From Chiloscyllium plagiosum (lineage: Eukaryota), in the NCBI RefSeq assembly GCF_004010195.1, contig NC_057719.1, positions 11,710,603 to 11,774,602 on the forward strand: a stretch of 64,000 nucleotides of DNA. Reading direction: 5' to 3'. Positions 1 through 11,664 of the stretch are shown here, one piece after another. The position numbers and the translations under genes were made by a program. The notes beneath the pieces are model-generated. The model worked only from the letters and a program-made list of their open reading frames with translations. It had not been told where the DNA came from and did no database searches. Each line of letters begins with the position of its first letter. Position 1 is the first letter of the stretch.

Positions 1-270
1 GGGGAAAGATATAAAAGAGACCTAAGGGGCAACCTTTTCACGCAGAGGGTGGTACGTACATGGAATGAGCTGCCAGAGGATGTGGTGGACGCTGGTACAA
101 TTGCAACATTTAAAAGGCATTTGGATGGGTATATGAATAGGAAGGGTTTGGAGGGATATGGGCCTGGTGCTGGCAGGTGGGACTAGATTGGGTTGGGATA
201 TCTGTCGGCATGGACGGGTTGGACTGAAGAGTCTGTTTCCATGCTGTACATCTCTGACTCTATGACTCTC
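1..270 (+). mobile_element. CR1-type LINE 3' end fragment
   Basis: Encodes the CR1 ORF2 C-terminal motif (FTQRVV..WNELPE.VV.AGT..TFKRHLD) followed by the 3' UTR. Same family as 690-1430, 7182-9368 and 60535-60870. Confidence 0.9.
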
Positions 271-279
271 TGTGGGAGA

Positions 280-680
280 TGTTAGCGACAAATGAAGATT
301 GGATAGACTGGGTTTGTTTTCACTGGAGTGCAGGAGGTTGAGGGCAACCTGATAGGTTGTGAATGGCATTGATAGTGGAAAGTATGAAGTTATTTCCCCA
401 GGGTGAAGGAGTCAACAACTAAGGGACATGGGTTCAAGGTGCAATGGGGAAAGTTTTTAAGAGATGTGCGAGGCAAGTGTTTCGCACAAAAGATGAAGTG
501 TGTCTGGAATGTGTTGCCAGAGGAAGTAGTGGAAGCACCTGGATGAAAACATGAATAGGAAAGGAATAGAGGGATATGAATCTTGAAAGTGAAAACTGGT
601 TTAGTATGGCAGGTCAAACTTTAGGCACATGCTTGGAGGGCCGAAGGGCCTGTTCCTGTGCTGTATTGTTCTCTGTTATG
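280..680 (+). mobile_element. Older degenerate CR1 LINE 3' end
   Basis: Decayed LFSLE.RRLRG / WNVLPEEVVEA motifs. The tail ends gggccgaagggcctgttcctgtgctgta. Confidence 0.8.
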
Positions 681-689
681 ACTATATGA

Positions 690-1430
690 TGTTATAGAGA
701 TGTACAGCACGGAAACAGAAACTTCAGTCCAACTTGTCCAAGCCAACTAGATATCCCAATCCAATGTAGTCCCACCTCCCAGCACAAGCCCATATCCCTC
801 TAAATCCTTCCTATTCATATACCCATCCAGATGCTGTTTTAAATGTTGCAATTGTATCAACCTCCACCACTTCCTCTGGCAGCCCATTCCCCACATGCAC
901 CACCCTCAGCGAGAAAACGTTGCCCCTATTATAGTTGTTTTTTATATCTTTCCCCTCTACTAAACCTATGCCCTCTAATTCTGGATTACCCCACCCCAGG
1001 GCAAAGACTTTGTCTCTTTACCCTATCCATGCCCTTCATGATTTTTATAAATGTCTAGTAGGTCACCCCTCAGTCTCTGACGCTCCAGGGAAAACCGCCC
1101 TAGCCTATTCAGTCTCTGCCTGTAGCTCAAACCTTCTGACCCTGGCAACATCCTTGTAAATCTTTTCTGAATCCTTTCAAGTTTCACAACATCTTTCCAA
1201 TAGGAAGGAGACCAGAATTGCATGCAGTATTCCATCAGTGGCCTAACCAATGTCCTGTACAGCGGCAAATTACTTCCCAACTCCTGTACTCAATGCTCTG
1301 ACCAATAAAGGAAAGCATACCAAATGCTGTCTTCACTATCCTATCAACCTGTGACTCTACTTGCAAGGAGCTATAAACCTGCATTCCAAGGTGTCTCTGT
1401 CAGCAACACTCCCTAGGATCTTACCATTAT
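690..1430 (-). mobile_element. CR1 LINE 3' fragment
   Basis: ORF 1023-1280 reads LYRTLVRPLMEYCMQFWSPSY..DVVKLERIQKRFTRMLPG, the CR1 ORF2 C-terminus. Confidence 0.92.
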
Positions 1431-2109
1431 AGCAAGGGATGTGTCACTATGGTCTGTCAATGGCACTGAAAGCTGTCTTAGTGCAAGAAGCCATATTGCA
1501 TTGTGAATGTCAAGACACAGAATGAGGCTGACAAAACTGCCAGAAAGCCAACTCGCATTTTTTTGAAGGAGAACAAAGAAATGAGCAAAATGTAACAAGA
1601 AAGGGAAAGGAGATTCTCCCTATGGAGTCGAATGAATATCTCTATCCCTGCTCAGGGTTTTGCAGTGCAGCACAGTGTGAGAAACTTGTTGAGTGATTTG
1701 TCCAGATAGTGCACTCATCCAAAGATGGCACTTAAGCAGAAAAATGTTACTGGAATTTCAGGGACTAACCCGTAACCTTTTGCAATGCTTCTGCTATACA
1801 ATGTTAGGTCATTGTAAGGTGTGAAAAAAGTTGAAAATTAAAGACACTGCTTGGTTTACTGTTTTCACTATTTTCATTTTGTTTGTATTGAGAATATTTG
1901 TAAACAAATAAAATTTAAGTAGGTGTTTCCTCAACCACCTTAAGCCCCACTTAATTAACTTTTATGGGCAGGCCCCCTGCAATATAAGTTGTAATTTCAC
2001 TGGATAGATTTTTGTTCAGACTAATTCCCTTCTATTGTGCTTACTATTCTTCTCATGCTTGCCCTATCTTCATATCCGAGACTGCAGTCAGAATCTTCTG
2101 TGTATCATT

Positions 2110-2910
2110 TGCATCAATACATTCTTGAGTAAGGTGTGAAGAAAATGAGGATGCAAACAGATATAGGTTGAGAGTAGCAGAAATCTGACCATATAATGTG
2201 GGAAGATGTGAAGTCATTGACTTTAGCAGGAAGATTAAAGTATTAAACAAAAATTTCTGTAGAATTTAGACTGCAGAAGGCCTGATGTTCTGGTGTATGA
2301 GTCAGAAAGCCTAATATTCACATAAAACATGTAATCCAGAAGGTTAATGGATGCAATCCTTTGCGAGGGAAGTAGGGATGTTATGTTTCAGTTATATGGG
2401 ACGTTGGTGAGCCCACAGTTTAAATGCTGTGTGCTGTTTGGTTTCTTGTTTTTAAGGAAGGAAGTAAATGCATTAAAGGCAGTTCTGAGGAGGTTGGCTA
2501 GGTTGATACCTGGGTTGAATAGGTTGTCTCAGGATAGTTTGGATCAGTTTGGGCTTGTTTCCATCAGAGTGTAAAAGAGTGAAAGATGACTTGAAGTGTG
2601 TAAGATGCTGAATTGCCTTCACAAAGTGATGTGATCTGGATGTTTCCTCTTGTGCATCAATCTAGAACTAGGGAGCACTGTTCCATAATTTGATCTTTTT
2701 GGTAAGATTATTTTTGTGTTGAGACACTTTGGAACTCCCTGACTTTGTGGTGCAGACAGGGTTGTGGAATTTTATTTTTAAGATGTTTTTGTTGGTTAGA
2801 AAAATCTTGTTGGGTTAGTGGGAACAGATGAGAAAACAAAGTTCAGCCAGCTCTTATTGAATGGCGTGACAGAATCTGGGCATATGGTCTACTTCTATTT
2901 TGTATTTTTA
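2110..2910 (+). mobile_element. Old, heavily deleted CR1 LINE 3' region
   Basis: ORF 2347-2574 has QLYGTLVSPQFKCCVLF and RRLARLIPGL, degenerate CR1 motifs. Confidence 0.7.
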
Positions 2911-3601
2911 TGTTATACTTGATGGCATCAGATTATGCTAATCTTACTCCAAGGTAGGAATGATCTTACAGAATCATTAATAGTTGCCAGTTTAAAAGTT
3001 AGCCACACAGACATGAAATAAAAGTTGACTGTAATGAGTGTATAGCCATTGTTGAAACTTATTTAGCTGGAGATTTCAGATGAAAATGATCGGATGGGTG
3101 TCAGGCACTGACACACATTACAAATTCCATCTCTGAGCTGCACTTTTAAACTCCAGAAATGTGTTATGAGTAACTGGTGCAGAGAGACCACCTGCAGTGC
3201 AAACATTCCTGAGCATTCAGCCAGAAGTTAGTTCTGTCTAAAATGCTCAAACCGTTTCAATTAAATGAGCTCTCGGAAATGGTCACTGAACTAAATGGCA
3301 TTGATAACTTCATTAGGAAAGAATACACACATTGACATTTTAACAGTTGCAGCAAATCTATTCATCCTTCATTTTTGGAAAGTTGCAGGTTAATGAACTA
3401 TTTGCATTTATTTGAATTGGAGGCAAAAAAAACTGATCTGTTGTGGAAAGTCTCTAGAACAATCCTTAACAAAAAAAAAATCCTCCTCCTCAAATTATCT
3501 AGTCCTGTTACAATTGACCATGCCACCCCCTCCAATGCGCCTCCACTGTTGTTTCATGGACAAAACTGCTCTTGTTTAGTTCCGCTCTTAACTATCTTGT
3601 T

Positions 3602-3953
3602 TTAGATTAGATTAGATTCCCTACAGTGTGGAGACAGGCCCTTCGGCCCAACAAGTCCAAACCGACCCTCCGAAGAGTAACCCACCCCCCCCCCCGACTA
3701 ATGCACCTAACAACTATGGAAAATTTAGCATAGCCAATTTACCTGACCTGCACATCTTTGGAACGTGGGAGGAAACTGGAGTACCCAAAGGAAACCCATG
3801 CAGACATGGGGGGAATGTGCAAACTCCACAAACCCATGCAGACATGGGGGGAATGTGCAAACTCCACACAGACAGGTGCCCAAGCCTGGAATCGAACCTA
3901 GGACCCTGGCATGGTGAGGCAGCAGTGCTAACCACTGAGCCATTGTGCTGTCC
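3602..3953 (-). mobile_element. HE1-like V-SINE (tRNA-derived) with an internal 38-bp tandem duplication
   Basis: Reverse strand shows a tRNA-like head with A/B boxes, the V-domain gtgtggagtttgcacattc, a CR1-like tail and a (aatct)n end. Confidence 0.9.
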
Positions 3954-4029
3954 TGGAATCACTTGCAATGGCATCTCTTCTGTTTCTGCATCATTATCCC
4001 TAGTGACCTCTGTAAATCCAACTTTGGGT

Positions 4030-4790
4030 CTTATCTCTGATATAATCCAAAAGCAGAGTATTAATTTTCATATCTACTTCACCACCTTTTGGTTAAACTG
4101 TCAAATTACTTGTTAGATATCCTGTTAGGCAGAACTTTTGTCCGATAAAGATTTAAATCATCAATTTTGGTCCCTGCTGCAAATTTTATTCACTAAATAC
4201 TGACTCCCTCTCCCTGTCTGGAGATAATCAGCTTAACTAGTCCATTCGCATATTTGTGATCTGATTTATGCCATTATAAAGACTGCCTGATTTGACCCCT
4301 ACCTCAGCTCTATTTTTAATATTCTCATTTGTCGGCTCTAGTTTTGGACTATTCCAATGCACTCCTGACTGGTGTCCCATGTTCTATTTTCTGTAAATTT
4401 GAAGTCATTCAAAATGTTTAAGGCGCACACAGTTTTCATTCCTGTCCATTCTTGATCAAGCAATGTTTCAATTTTAAAAGCCTCATCCTTCAGTGGTCTT
4501 GCTCCTCCCTATGTCTAATCTCTGGCCGCACAGCCCTCCAAGATTCTCATGCTGATCTAATTTGGTTTCTTGACCATCCCTGATTTTAGTCTCATCGTTG
4601 CTGCCTGTGGCTTCTGATGCCTTGCCCCTCTGGCCTGGAGTACTGCTTCTACTTTGCTTTCCTCCTTTAAGGTATTGCTTTTCTTCTTTAAGACATTCCT
4701 TGGCATTACTTGTGTGGCCCACTTTGTTTATACTGTTCCCCTCCTGTTTTGGAATTTTTCGTTGCATTAAGGATTTTATGGAGAGATAAA
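4030..4790 (+). mobile_element. Ancient L2-like LINE 3' fragment
   Basis: ttggactattccaatgcactcctgactggtgtccca near 4346 reads LDYSNALLTGVP, a typical L2 ORF2 C-terminal motif. The rest is very decayed. Confidence 0.6.
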
Positions 4791-5305
4791 TTGTTGGAAC
4801 AGTTGTGATTATATAACTTTTTTGCTGAATTCTACCTTTAAATTTTTTTTGTAATTAAGGATAACATTGTCTCCATAATTGCATTTCAAAGTGATTTATG
4901 TCTTGGAAGAAAATGCTGCAGTATCATTGCTCAGGGGCATAGACAATATTGCTCATTATCTGCAACAGAATAGCATTGCACAAAGAACACTTAAGTTTGC
5001 AATGAAAGTTGGTGACTTCAGTATCCAGGTCATTTGTTGCTGAGTCTCAAACTTATATATGTTGCCTAAATGTTTCGATGTCCTTCTTCAGCAGATGCTT
5101 AAGCTCCAAAATTGGTCCTAACCAAACTGGAGGCACCATTTGTTTTGTTCATTATGTAGATGTGTGTTGTTAATTACCATTTTTCTGTATTCTAAATTGG
5201 AAGCACTGAATTCTGGCATGATTAGAATTTTCACTTCTAGACTTTCAGATATACAATAAAATAAAGCATGTCAACTTGGAATAATTCTAAATTATCCTTT
5301 TGTAG

Positions 5306-5460
5306 GATTTTGTACCATTGTACCAAGACTTTGAAAATTTCTACACCAGAAACCTGTACATGAGGATTCGAGACAGCTGGAACCGGCCTATCTGCAGTGT
5401 CCCTGGGGCAAAGTTCGATGTAATGGAGAGGGTTTCTCATGACTACAACTGGACATTCAA
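5306..5460 (+). CDS. SPTLC2: Serine palmitoyltransferase 2, internal exon (155 bp; equivalent of human exon 3)
   Basis: tgtag|GAT...TTCAA|gtaagt. Translates [52 protein letters not shown]. Missed by the ORF track. Confidence 0.97.
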
Positions 5461-5749
5461 GTAAGTCACTCCATCTAAAACTAATGTACCGACTACTCCT
5501 GTTCCGGGTTAATGACCCAACTTGCTGTTTGCTAGCTGATATTTGTGGTAAATTCGTATACCCTTTTCACCACAAAAATTGTGCTTGAAATGTGGCACTT
5601 AAACACAATGAGATTTGAACAACTAACAACAGTCAGCTAGTGAGTTGGCAGAAGGACTTTTCGGATGCTTTGCTTATCTTGGCTGTGCAGTTATCTATGA
5701 AACTCAGTGATGTTTAACCTCTTGTTCAGGAACCGAGCATTGGTACTTT

Positions 5750-6020
5750 AGGAGAAAGTGAGGACTGTAGATGCTGGAGATCAGAATCTGGTGCTGGAAA
5801 AGCACAGCTGGTCAGGCAGCATCTGAAGAGCAGGAGTCAGCATTTCGAGCATAAGCTCTTCAGGAATGAGGGGGTGGCCCAAGGGGGCTGAGAAGTAAAT
5901 GGTGAGGTGGGGGGAGGGGGTGATGTGCTGGGGGACAAGGTAGTTGGAAATGTGATGGGTTGGCTGTAGTAGTGGGATCTGCTTCAGGGCAAAAGAGACT
6001 ACTGCGGGGCGGGGAGCATG
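5750..6020 (-). mobile_element. Penelope-like element terminal repeat fragment (family A)
   Basis: ggagaaagtgaggactgtagatgctggagatcag...gcagcatc...cttcaggaat, shared with about 10 other copies in the window. Confidence 0.8.
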
Positions 6021-6126
6021 GCAGTAAGAAAAATTACCACCAAAAATACAGTACTTAGTACTATTCTGGTGTGTCACCTTGGATTGTTTACACTGGCCTG
6101 AATCTGCAAACATAGTCATAGAAATC

Positions 6127-6280
6127 ATTTCTGAATCCTTTCAAGTTTCACAACATCCTTCTACTAGGAAGGAGACCAAAATTGCATGCAATATTCCAAA
6201 AGTGGCCTAACCAATGTCCTTGTACAGCCTCAACATGACCTCCCAACACCTGTATTTACTCACTCTGACCAGTAAAGGAA
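6127..6280 (-). mobile_element. CR1 ORF2 fragment
   Basis: Closely matches 1165-1312 and 7670-7815. Confidence 0.85.
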
Positions 6281-6319
6281 CATCGAATTGTTTCAAACTG
6301 ATATTCGTAGTCAAGATTT

Positions 6320-6668
6320 TGGGGAATGCAGTGGCCTCATGGTACTGTTAATCAAGAGACACAGATATTGTTCTGGGGAGCTGAGTTCAAATCCTGCCAT
6401 GACAGATGGTTGAATTTGAATTCAGTGAAAAAGAAATCTGGAATTAAGAGTCTGACTATGACCATGAATCCATTGACAATTGTTGGAAAAATCTATCTGG
6501 TTCACTAATGTCCTTGAGGGAAGGAAACTGCCATCCTTACCTGGTCGGGCCTACATGTGACTCCAATCCCAGCAATGTGGTTGACTCTTAATTGCCCTGT
6601 GGGCATTTAGGGATGGGTATTAAATGCTGGCCTAGCCAATGATACCCTCATCTTGTGAATGATTTTTT
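6320..6668 (+). mobile_element. tRNA-derived SINE (family 2) sharing its 3' tail with the LINE at 38770-40265
   Basis: B-box gagttcaaatcc. The tail gggcatttagggatgggtattaaatgctggcctagcc resembles 40199-40260. A reverse copy lies at 18078-18330. Confidence 0.75.
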
Positions 6669-7181
6669 AATTATAATAAGATTTGGAGATAACTAACGTG
6701 AATGTGGATTTCAGGCACAGTGTTGAGATGGAGCTAGGTACTCGCTATGAAGGTGGAAGTAGGGTGAACATCTGAATAGGCTAGGGCAGTAAAAGCTGAG
6801 CATGGATTGTGGGAGACATTATTAGACACTGGGAAAGGAAATGAGTGAAAGAGCAAGTTATTTATACCTTACTTTATCAATTGTGATATAATTAAGTACA
6901 CTGGTATTGCAATAATGTCTAAGCTTTGCATTAGTGAATTCACTCTTGTAACTTAAGTTTTCATTCAGATGGACGAAGTGCTGTCTAACATACTCAATAA
7001 CATGGTTAGAGTAGTTAGCAAACTGCGCAGTTCCCAGACCTTCCCTTGAACAATGTCATTGAGATTCTAATTTCGCAAATAAGAGGCTGATGTTTAGACA
7101 TGAAGCTTTTTTGCTTATACTTGTGTGGCTCAAGCTATCAGGCAAACATGAATGGGAGTTGTGTTTATAAGTGATTGGAAT

Positions 7182-9368
7182 TAGAGTCAACGTCATAGTG
7201 ATGTACTGCATGAAAACAGACCTTTCGGTCCAACCCGTTCATGCCGACCAGATATCCCAACCCAATCTAGTCCCACCTGCCAGCACCTGGCCCATATCCC
7301 TTCAAACTCTTCCTATTCATATACCTATCCAAATGCCTCTTAAATGTTGCATTTGTACCAGCCTCCACCACTTCCTCCGGCAGCTCATTCCATACCTGTA
7401 CCACCCTCTGTTTGAAAAGGTTGCCCATTAAGTCTCTCTTGTATCTTTCCCCTCTCCCCCTAAAACTATGCCCTCTAGTTCTGGACTCTCCCACCCCAGG
7501 AAAAATACTTTGTCGATTTATCCTATCCATGCCCCTCATAGTTTTGTAAACCTCTATATGGTCACCCTTCAGCCTCTGCGCTCCAGGGAAAACAGTCCTA
7601 GTCTGTTCACCGTCTCCCTATAGCTCAAATCCTTCAACTCTGGCAACGTCCTTTTTAAAGCTTTTCTCAACCCTTTCAAGTTTCACAACATCTTTCCAAT
7701 AGGAAGGAGACCAGAATTGCATGCAATATTCCAACAGTGGCCAAACCAATATCCTGTACAGCTGCAACTTGACCTCCCAACCCCTGTACTCAATACTCTG
7801 ACCAATAAAGGAAAACATACCAAACGCCGCCTTCACTATCCTATCTACCTGCGACTCCACTATCAAGGGAGCTATGAACCTGCACTTCAAGGTCTCTTTG
7901 TTCAACAACACTCCCTAGGACCTTACCATTAAGTGTGTAAATCCTGCTAAGATATGCTTTCCCAAAATGCAGCACCTCGCATTTATCTGAATTAAACTCC
8001 ATCTGCCACTTCTCAGCCCATTGGTCCATCTGGTCAAGATCCTGTTGTACTCTGAGGTAACCTTCGCTGTCCACTACAATTCCAATTTTGGTGTCATCTG
8101 CAAACTTACTAACTGTACCTCGTAAGCTCGCATTCAAATAGTTGGCGTAAATGATGCAAAATAGAGGACCTAGCACCAATCCTTGTGGCATTCCACTGGT
8201 GACAGGCCTCTAATGTGAAAAACAACCCTCCACTACCACCCTCTGTCTTCTACCTTTGAGCCAGTTCTGTATCCAAATGGCTGGTTCTCCTTGCATTTCA
8301 TGAGATCCAACCTTGCTAACCAGTCTCCCATGGGGGGAACCTTGTCGAATGCCTTACTGAAGTCCATATAGATCACACCTTCTGCTTTGTCCTCATCAAA
8401 CCTCTTTGTTACTACGTCAAAAAACTCAATCAAGTTTGAGAGACATGATTTCCCACGTACAAAGCCATGTTGACTATCCCTAATCAGTCCTTGTCTTTCC
8501 AAATAAGTGTACACCCTGTCCGTCAGGATTCCCTCCAACAACTTGCCCACCACCGTCAGGCTCACTGGTCTATAGTTTCCTGGCTTGTCCTTACCACCAT
8601 TTTTCTTAATTGGTGGCACCATCTTAGCCAATCTCCGCTCCTCCGGCACCTCACCTGTGACTATCGATGATACAAATATCTCAGCAAGAGGCCCAGCAAT
8701 CACTTCCCTCGCTTCCCACAGAGTTCTAGGCTGCATCTGATCAGGTCCTGGGCATTTATCCACCTTTATGCTTTTCAAGACATCCAGCACTTCCTGCTCT
8801 GTAAATGGACAATTTTCAAGGTGTCACCATCTATTTCCCCACATTCTATATCTTCCATATCCTTTTCCATTGTAAATACTGATACAAAATATTCATTTAG
8901 TACCTTCCCCGATTTTCTGCGGCTCCCCAAAGAGCGCCTTGTTGGTCTTTGAGGGGCCCTATTCTCTCCCTAGTTACCCTTTTGTCCTTAATGTACTTGT
9001 AAAAAAAAAACCTTTCGATTCTCCTTGAGATCGTTTTGGCAAATAGATTTATGTCCCCTTTTTGCCCTCCTGATTTCCCTCTTAAGTATACTCCTACTGC
9101 CTTTATACTCTTCTAAGGATTCACTCGATCTATCCTGTCTATACCTGACATATGTTTCCTTCTTTTTCTTAACCAAACCCTCAATTTCTACAGTCATCCA
9201 GCATTCCCTACACCTACCAGCCTTTCCTTTCACCCTAACAAGAATATACTTTGTCTGGATTCTCGTTATCTCATTTCTGAAGGGTTCCCATTTTCCAGCC
9301 TCCCCTTTACCTGCGAACATTTGCCCCCAATCAACTTTCGAAAGTTCTTGCCTAATACCGTCAAAATT
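7182..9368 (-). mobile_element. 5'-truncated CR1 LINE (~2.2 kb) with frameshifted reverse transcriptase
   Basis: Successive ORFs carry PGNYRPVSLT, SQHGFVRGKSCLSNL, YMDFSKAFDKVP, PQGLVLGPL, KFADDTK, WQMEFN.DKCEVLHFG and the 3' UTR. Confidence 0.95.
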
Positions 9369-9912
9369 AATGCAGTAGTTTTCAAGCCACCTCTTGATTT
9401 GGTCTTAATACAAGATAACTGTGATTAGTGAACTATATGGTACCAATGTTGGTCAATGCTATTACCTCTAGGAGCAGTTCCTTGAAATGCCAACCTTTTG
9501 TTTGCTTAACAACTGGCTATAGGGAGCAAAGATTATTTCCAATAAAAATAGTCAATCAAGATGCTTTACAGGGCAGGAGTTATTGTGATGTTCTGTAGGT
9601 GTCACATCAGACTGAAACCTGAACTGTTTTTCTCTCTCCCCCTGTTACCAGACTTTAGTTTCCCCAGCATTTTGGTGTTTATTATTTATATATTATTTTT
9701 ATATTATTTATATAATATTTTTATATTTATTGATCGTGTACCTGTATATGTTAATTTCAATTTGGATTGTTAATTCTTGGGTTTTAGTTTGGTTTGAAAT
9801 CTTGGATTTCAGTCCCTTGTAGTTTGTTTTGCACTGCAATAATACAGGCTTTTTAAAAAAGAAAATAGTCACATGGGCTAGAACTATGAAATCTAGCAAC
9901 TAAAAGGTGGGG

Positions 9913-10060
9913 GAAGAAGGGCTTATGCCCGAAATCCTGAAGAAGGGCTTATGCCCGAAACGTCGATTCTCCTGTTCCCTGGATGCTGCCTGACCTGCTG
10001 CGCTTTTCCAGCAACACATTTTCAGCTCTGATCTCCAGCATCTGCAGACCTCACTTTCTC
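9913..10060 (+). mobile_element. Young PLE family A terminal repeat
   Basis: Near-identical (reverse complement) to 34911-35037, and to 39410-39518. Confidence 0.88.
9933..9968 (+). ncRNA. Minimal type I hammerhead ribozyme motif
   Basis: AATC|CTGAAGA|A|GGGC-TTAT-GCCC|GAAA|CGTC^|GATT: 4-bp stem I, intact core, 4-bp stem II, palindromic ACGT stem III and a GUC cleavage triplet. Confidence 0.75.
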
Positions 10061-10428
10061 CGCTGGAGATACCAGCATTGGACAAGTGCAGATATGGAGG
10101 AGGGAGAGGGGTAATGGGGCTGGAGCAGATTTATAGAGATGGTTAGAGGGCAACTTGGGAGGAATTTCAAAACGAGGATGAGAATTTAAAGATTGACCTT
10201 TCCTTTACCAGGAGCCAAAGTGTTTCAGTGACCACAGGTGAAAGGAATTTTGCAAATGTGTGCAAATCTGAAGCTCAGAGGATAAAACGTAGGGTGGTGA
10301 GCCAGAGATGCTTTGGAAAATTAAAGTTTTGAGATATCAGACATAAGTGAGTTTCAGTAGCAGATGAGCTGAGATAGGAGAAGAATTCAACAAGATTGTG
10401 CAAGGAAAAATGATTAGTCAGGAGCTGG

Positions 10429-10664
10429 TTTAGATTAGATTTAGATTTAGATTAGATTACATTACAGTGTGGAAACAGGCCCTTCGGCCCAACAAGTCCA
10501 CACCGACCCGCCGAAGCGAAGCCCACCCATACCCCTACATTTACCACTTACCTAACACTACGGGCAATTTAGCATGGCCAATTCACCTGACCCTGCACAT
10601 CTTTTGGCCCGGGTCTCTGGCGCTGTGAGGCAGCAGTGCTAACCACTGTGCCACCGTGCCGCCC
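10429..10664 (-). mobile_element. HE1-like SINE with the central V-domain deleted
   Basis: The tRNA head is joined directly to the tail at ...catcttttgg|cccgggtctct..., compared with the 27212-27511 copy. Confidence 0.88.
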
Positions 10665-10711
10665 ACTGGTCTTGCAGTCAAGTGTAAAACTCGGAGGGGA
10701 ATGGTGGTAGC

Positions 10712-10786
10712 ACAGAGCAGCACTCCGAAAGTTAGTGCATCCAAATAAACCTGTTGGGCTATAACCTGATGTTGAGACTTTTAAGT
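10712..10786 (+). mobile_element. PLE family B terminal repeat fragment
   Basis: gagcagcactccgaaagttagtgcatccaaataaacctgttgggctataacctg. Same family as 26806, 29698, 37731 and 56357. Confidence 0.75.
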
Positions 10787-11073
10787 TGGAACTGGATGGT
10801 GACTGTTCAAACTCCTTTCTCAATCATTATTGCAATCAGCAGGAAGTGCTCAGTTTAAGCTGGATTTTAATTTTAGACCCAGTGATGAAAGATCATCAAG
10901 CACACTGCATTTTACATTGAACATTAAAACTGAGATTTTAGAATATTTTAAGTGATGCAGAAACCCTGATGCAAACCATGTTGAATATGATTGTTTAACT
11001 CTTTATTGTAATTAATTTTGTTTCACTAGCGCATTGGTTGCTAAATGTGATAAATGGACTTATTTTGATTTAG

Positions 11074-11222
11074 GTTTACTGGCACCGTCATCAAAGATGT
11101 CCTCAATATGGGTTCTTACAACTACCTGGGCTTTGCAGAAAGCCAGGGTTTCTGTGCAAATGCAGCAACTAAAGCAACTATCCAGTATGGAGTTGGGGTT
11201 TGTAGTTCACGGCAAGAAATTG
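11074..11222 (+). CDS. SPTLC2: SPTLC2 internal exon (149 bp)
   Basis: tttag|G...ATTG|gtaagt. Translates FTGTVIKDVLNMGSYNYLGFAESQGFCANAATKATIQYGVGVCSSRQEIG, in phase with the previous exon. Confidence 0.97.
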
Positions 11223-11664
11223 GTAAGTTACAATCTATAAAAGGTTTTAATTTGTCACTGAATCTGGAGGGAATAATATCACGGTTTCATGAACCTGGTA
11301 CTGACTCGCAAACCCCCCACCCACCACCACCACCTTCCATTTGTCTCCTAGGTGCATGCATCAAACAGCTGTTTATATGCATCTTCAAGACAATAAAATG
11401 TTTTAAGGTATTTGAGGAAACATTACCCTTTTCAAGAAATGTGCGAGAGGCATGAGATATTATACAGCCATTGACTTGCAAGCTTACTGCAAGTGTTTTG
11501 CAGCATTGGAGCAAATGTATGTGGATTCTTGACACATCAAGCATGTTGCTGTAATGGTGGTTGTTCCTCTATTGGCGCTTGCTGATTGTGAATATGATGA
11601 AAGGGAGATAAATTTAGGAGATGCATTCCCCCTGAACTGAGTGTATATTCTCGCGTACAATAAA

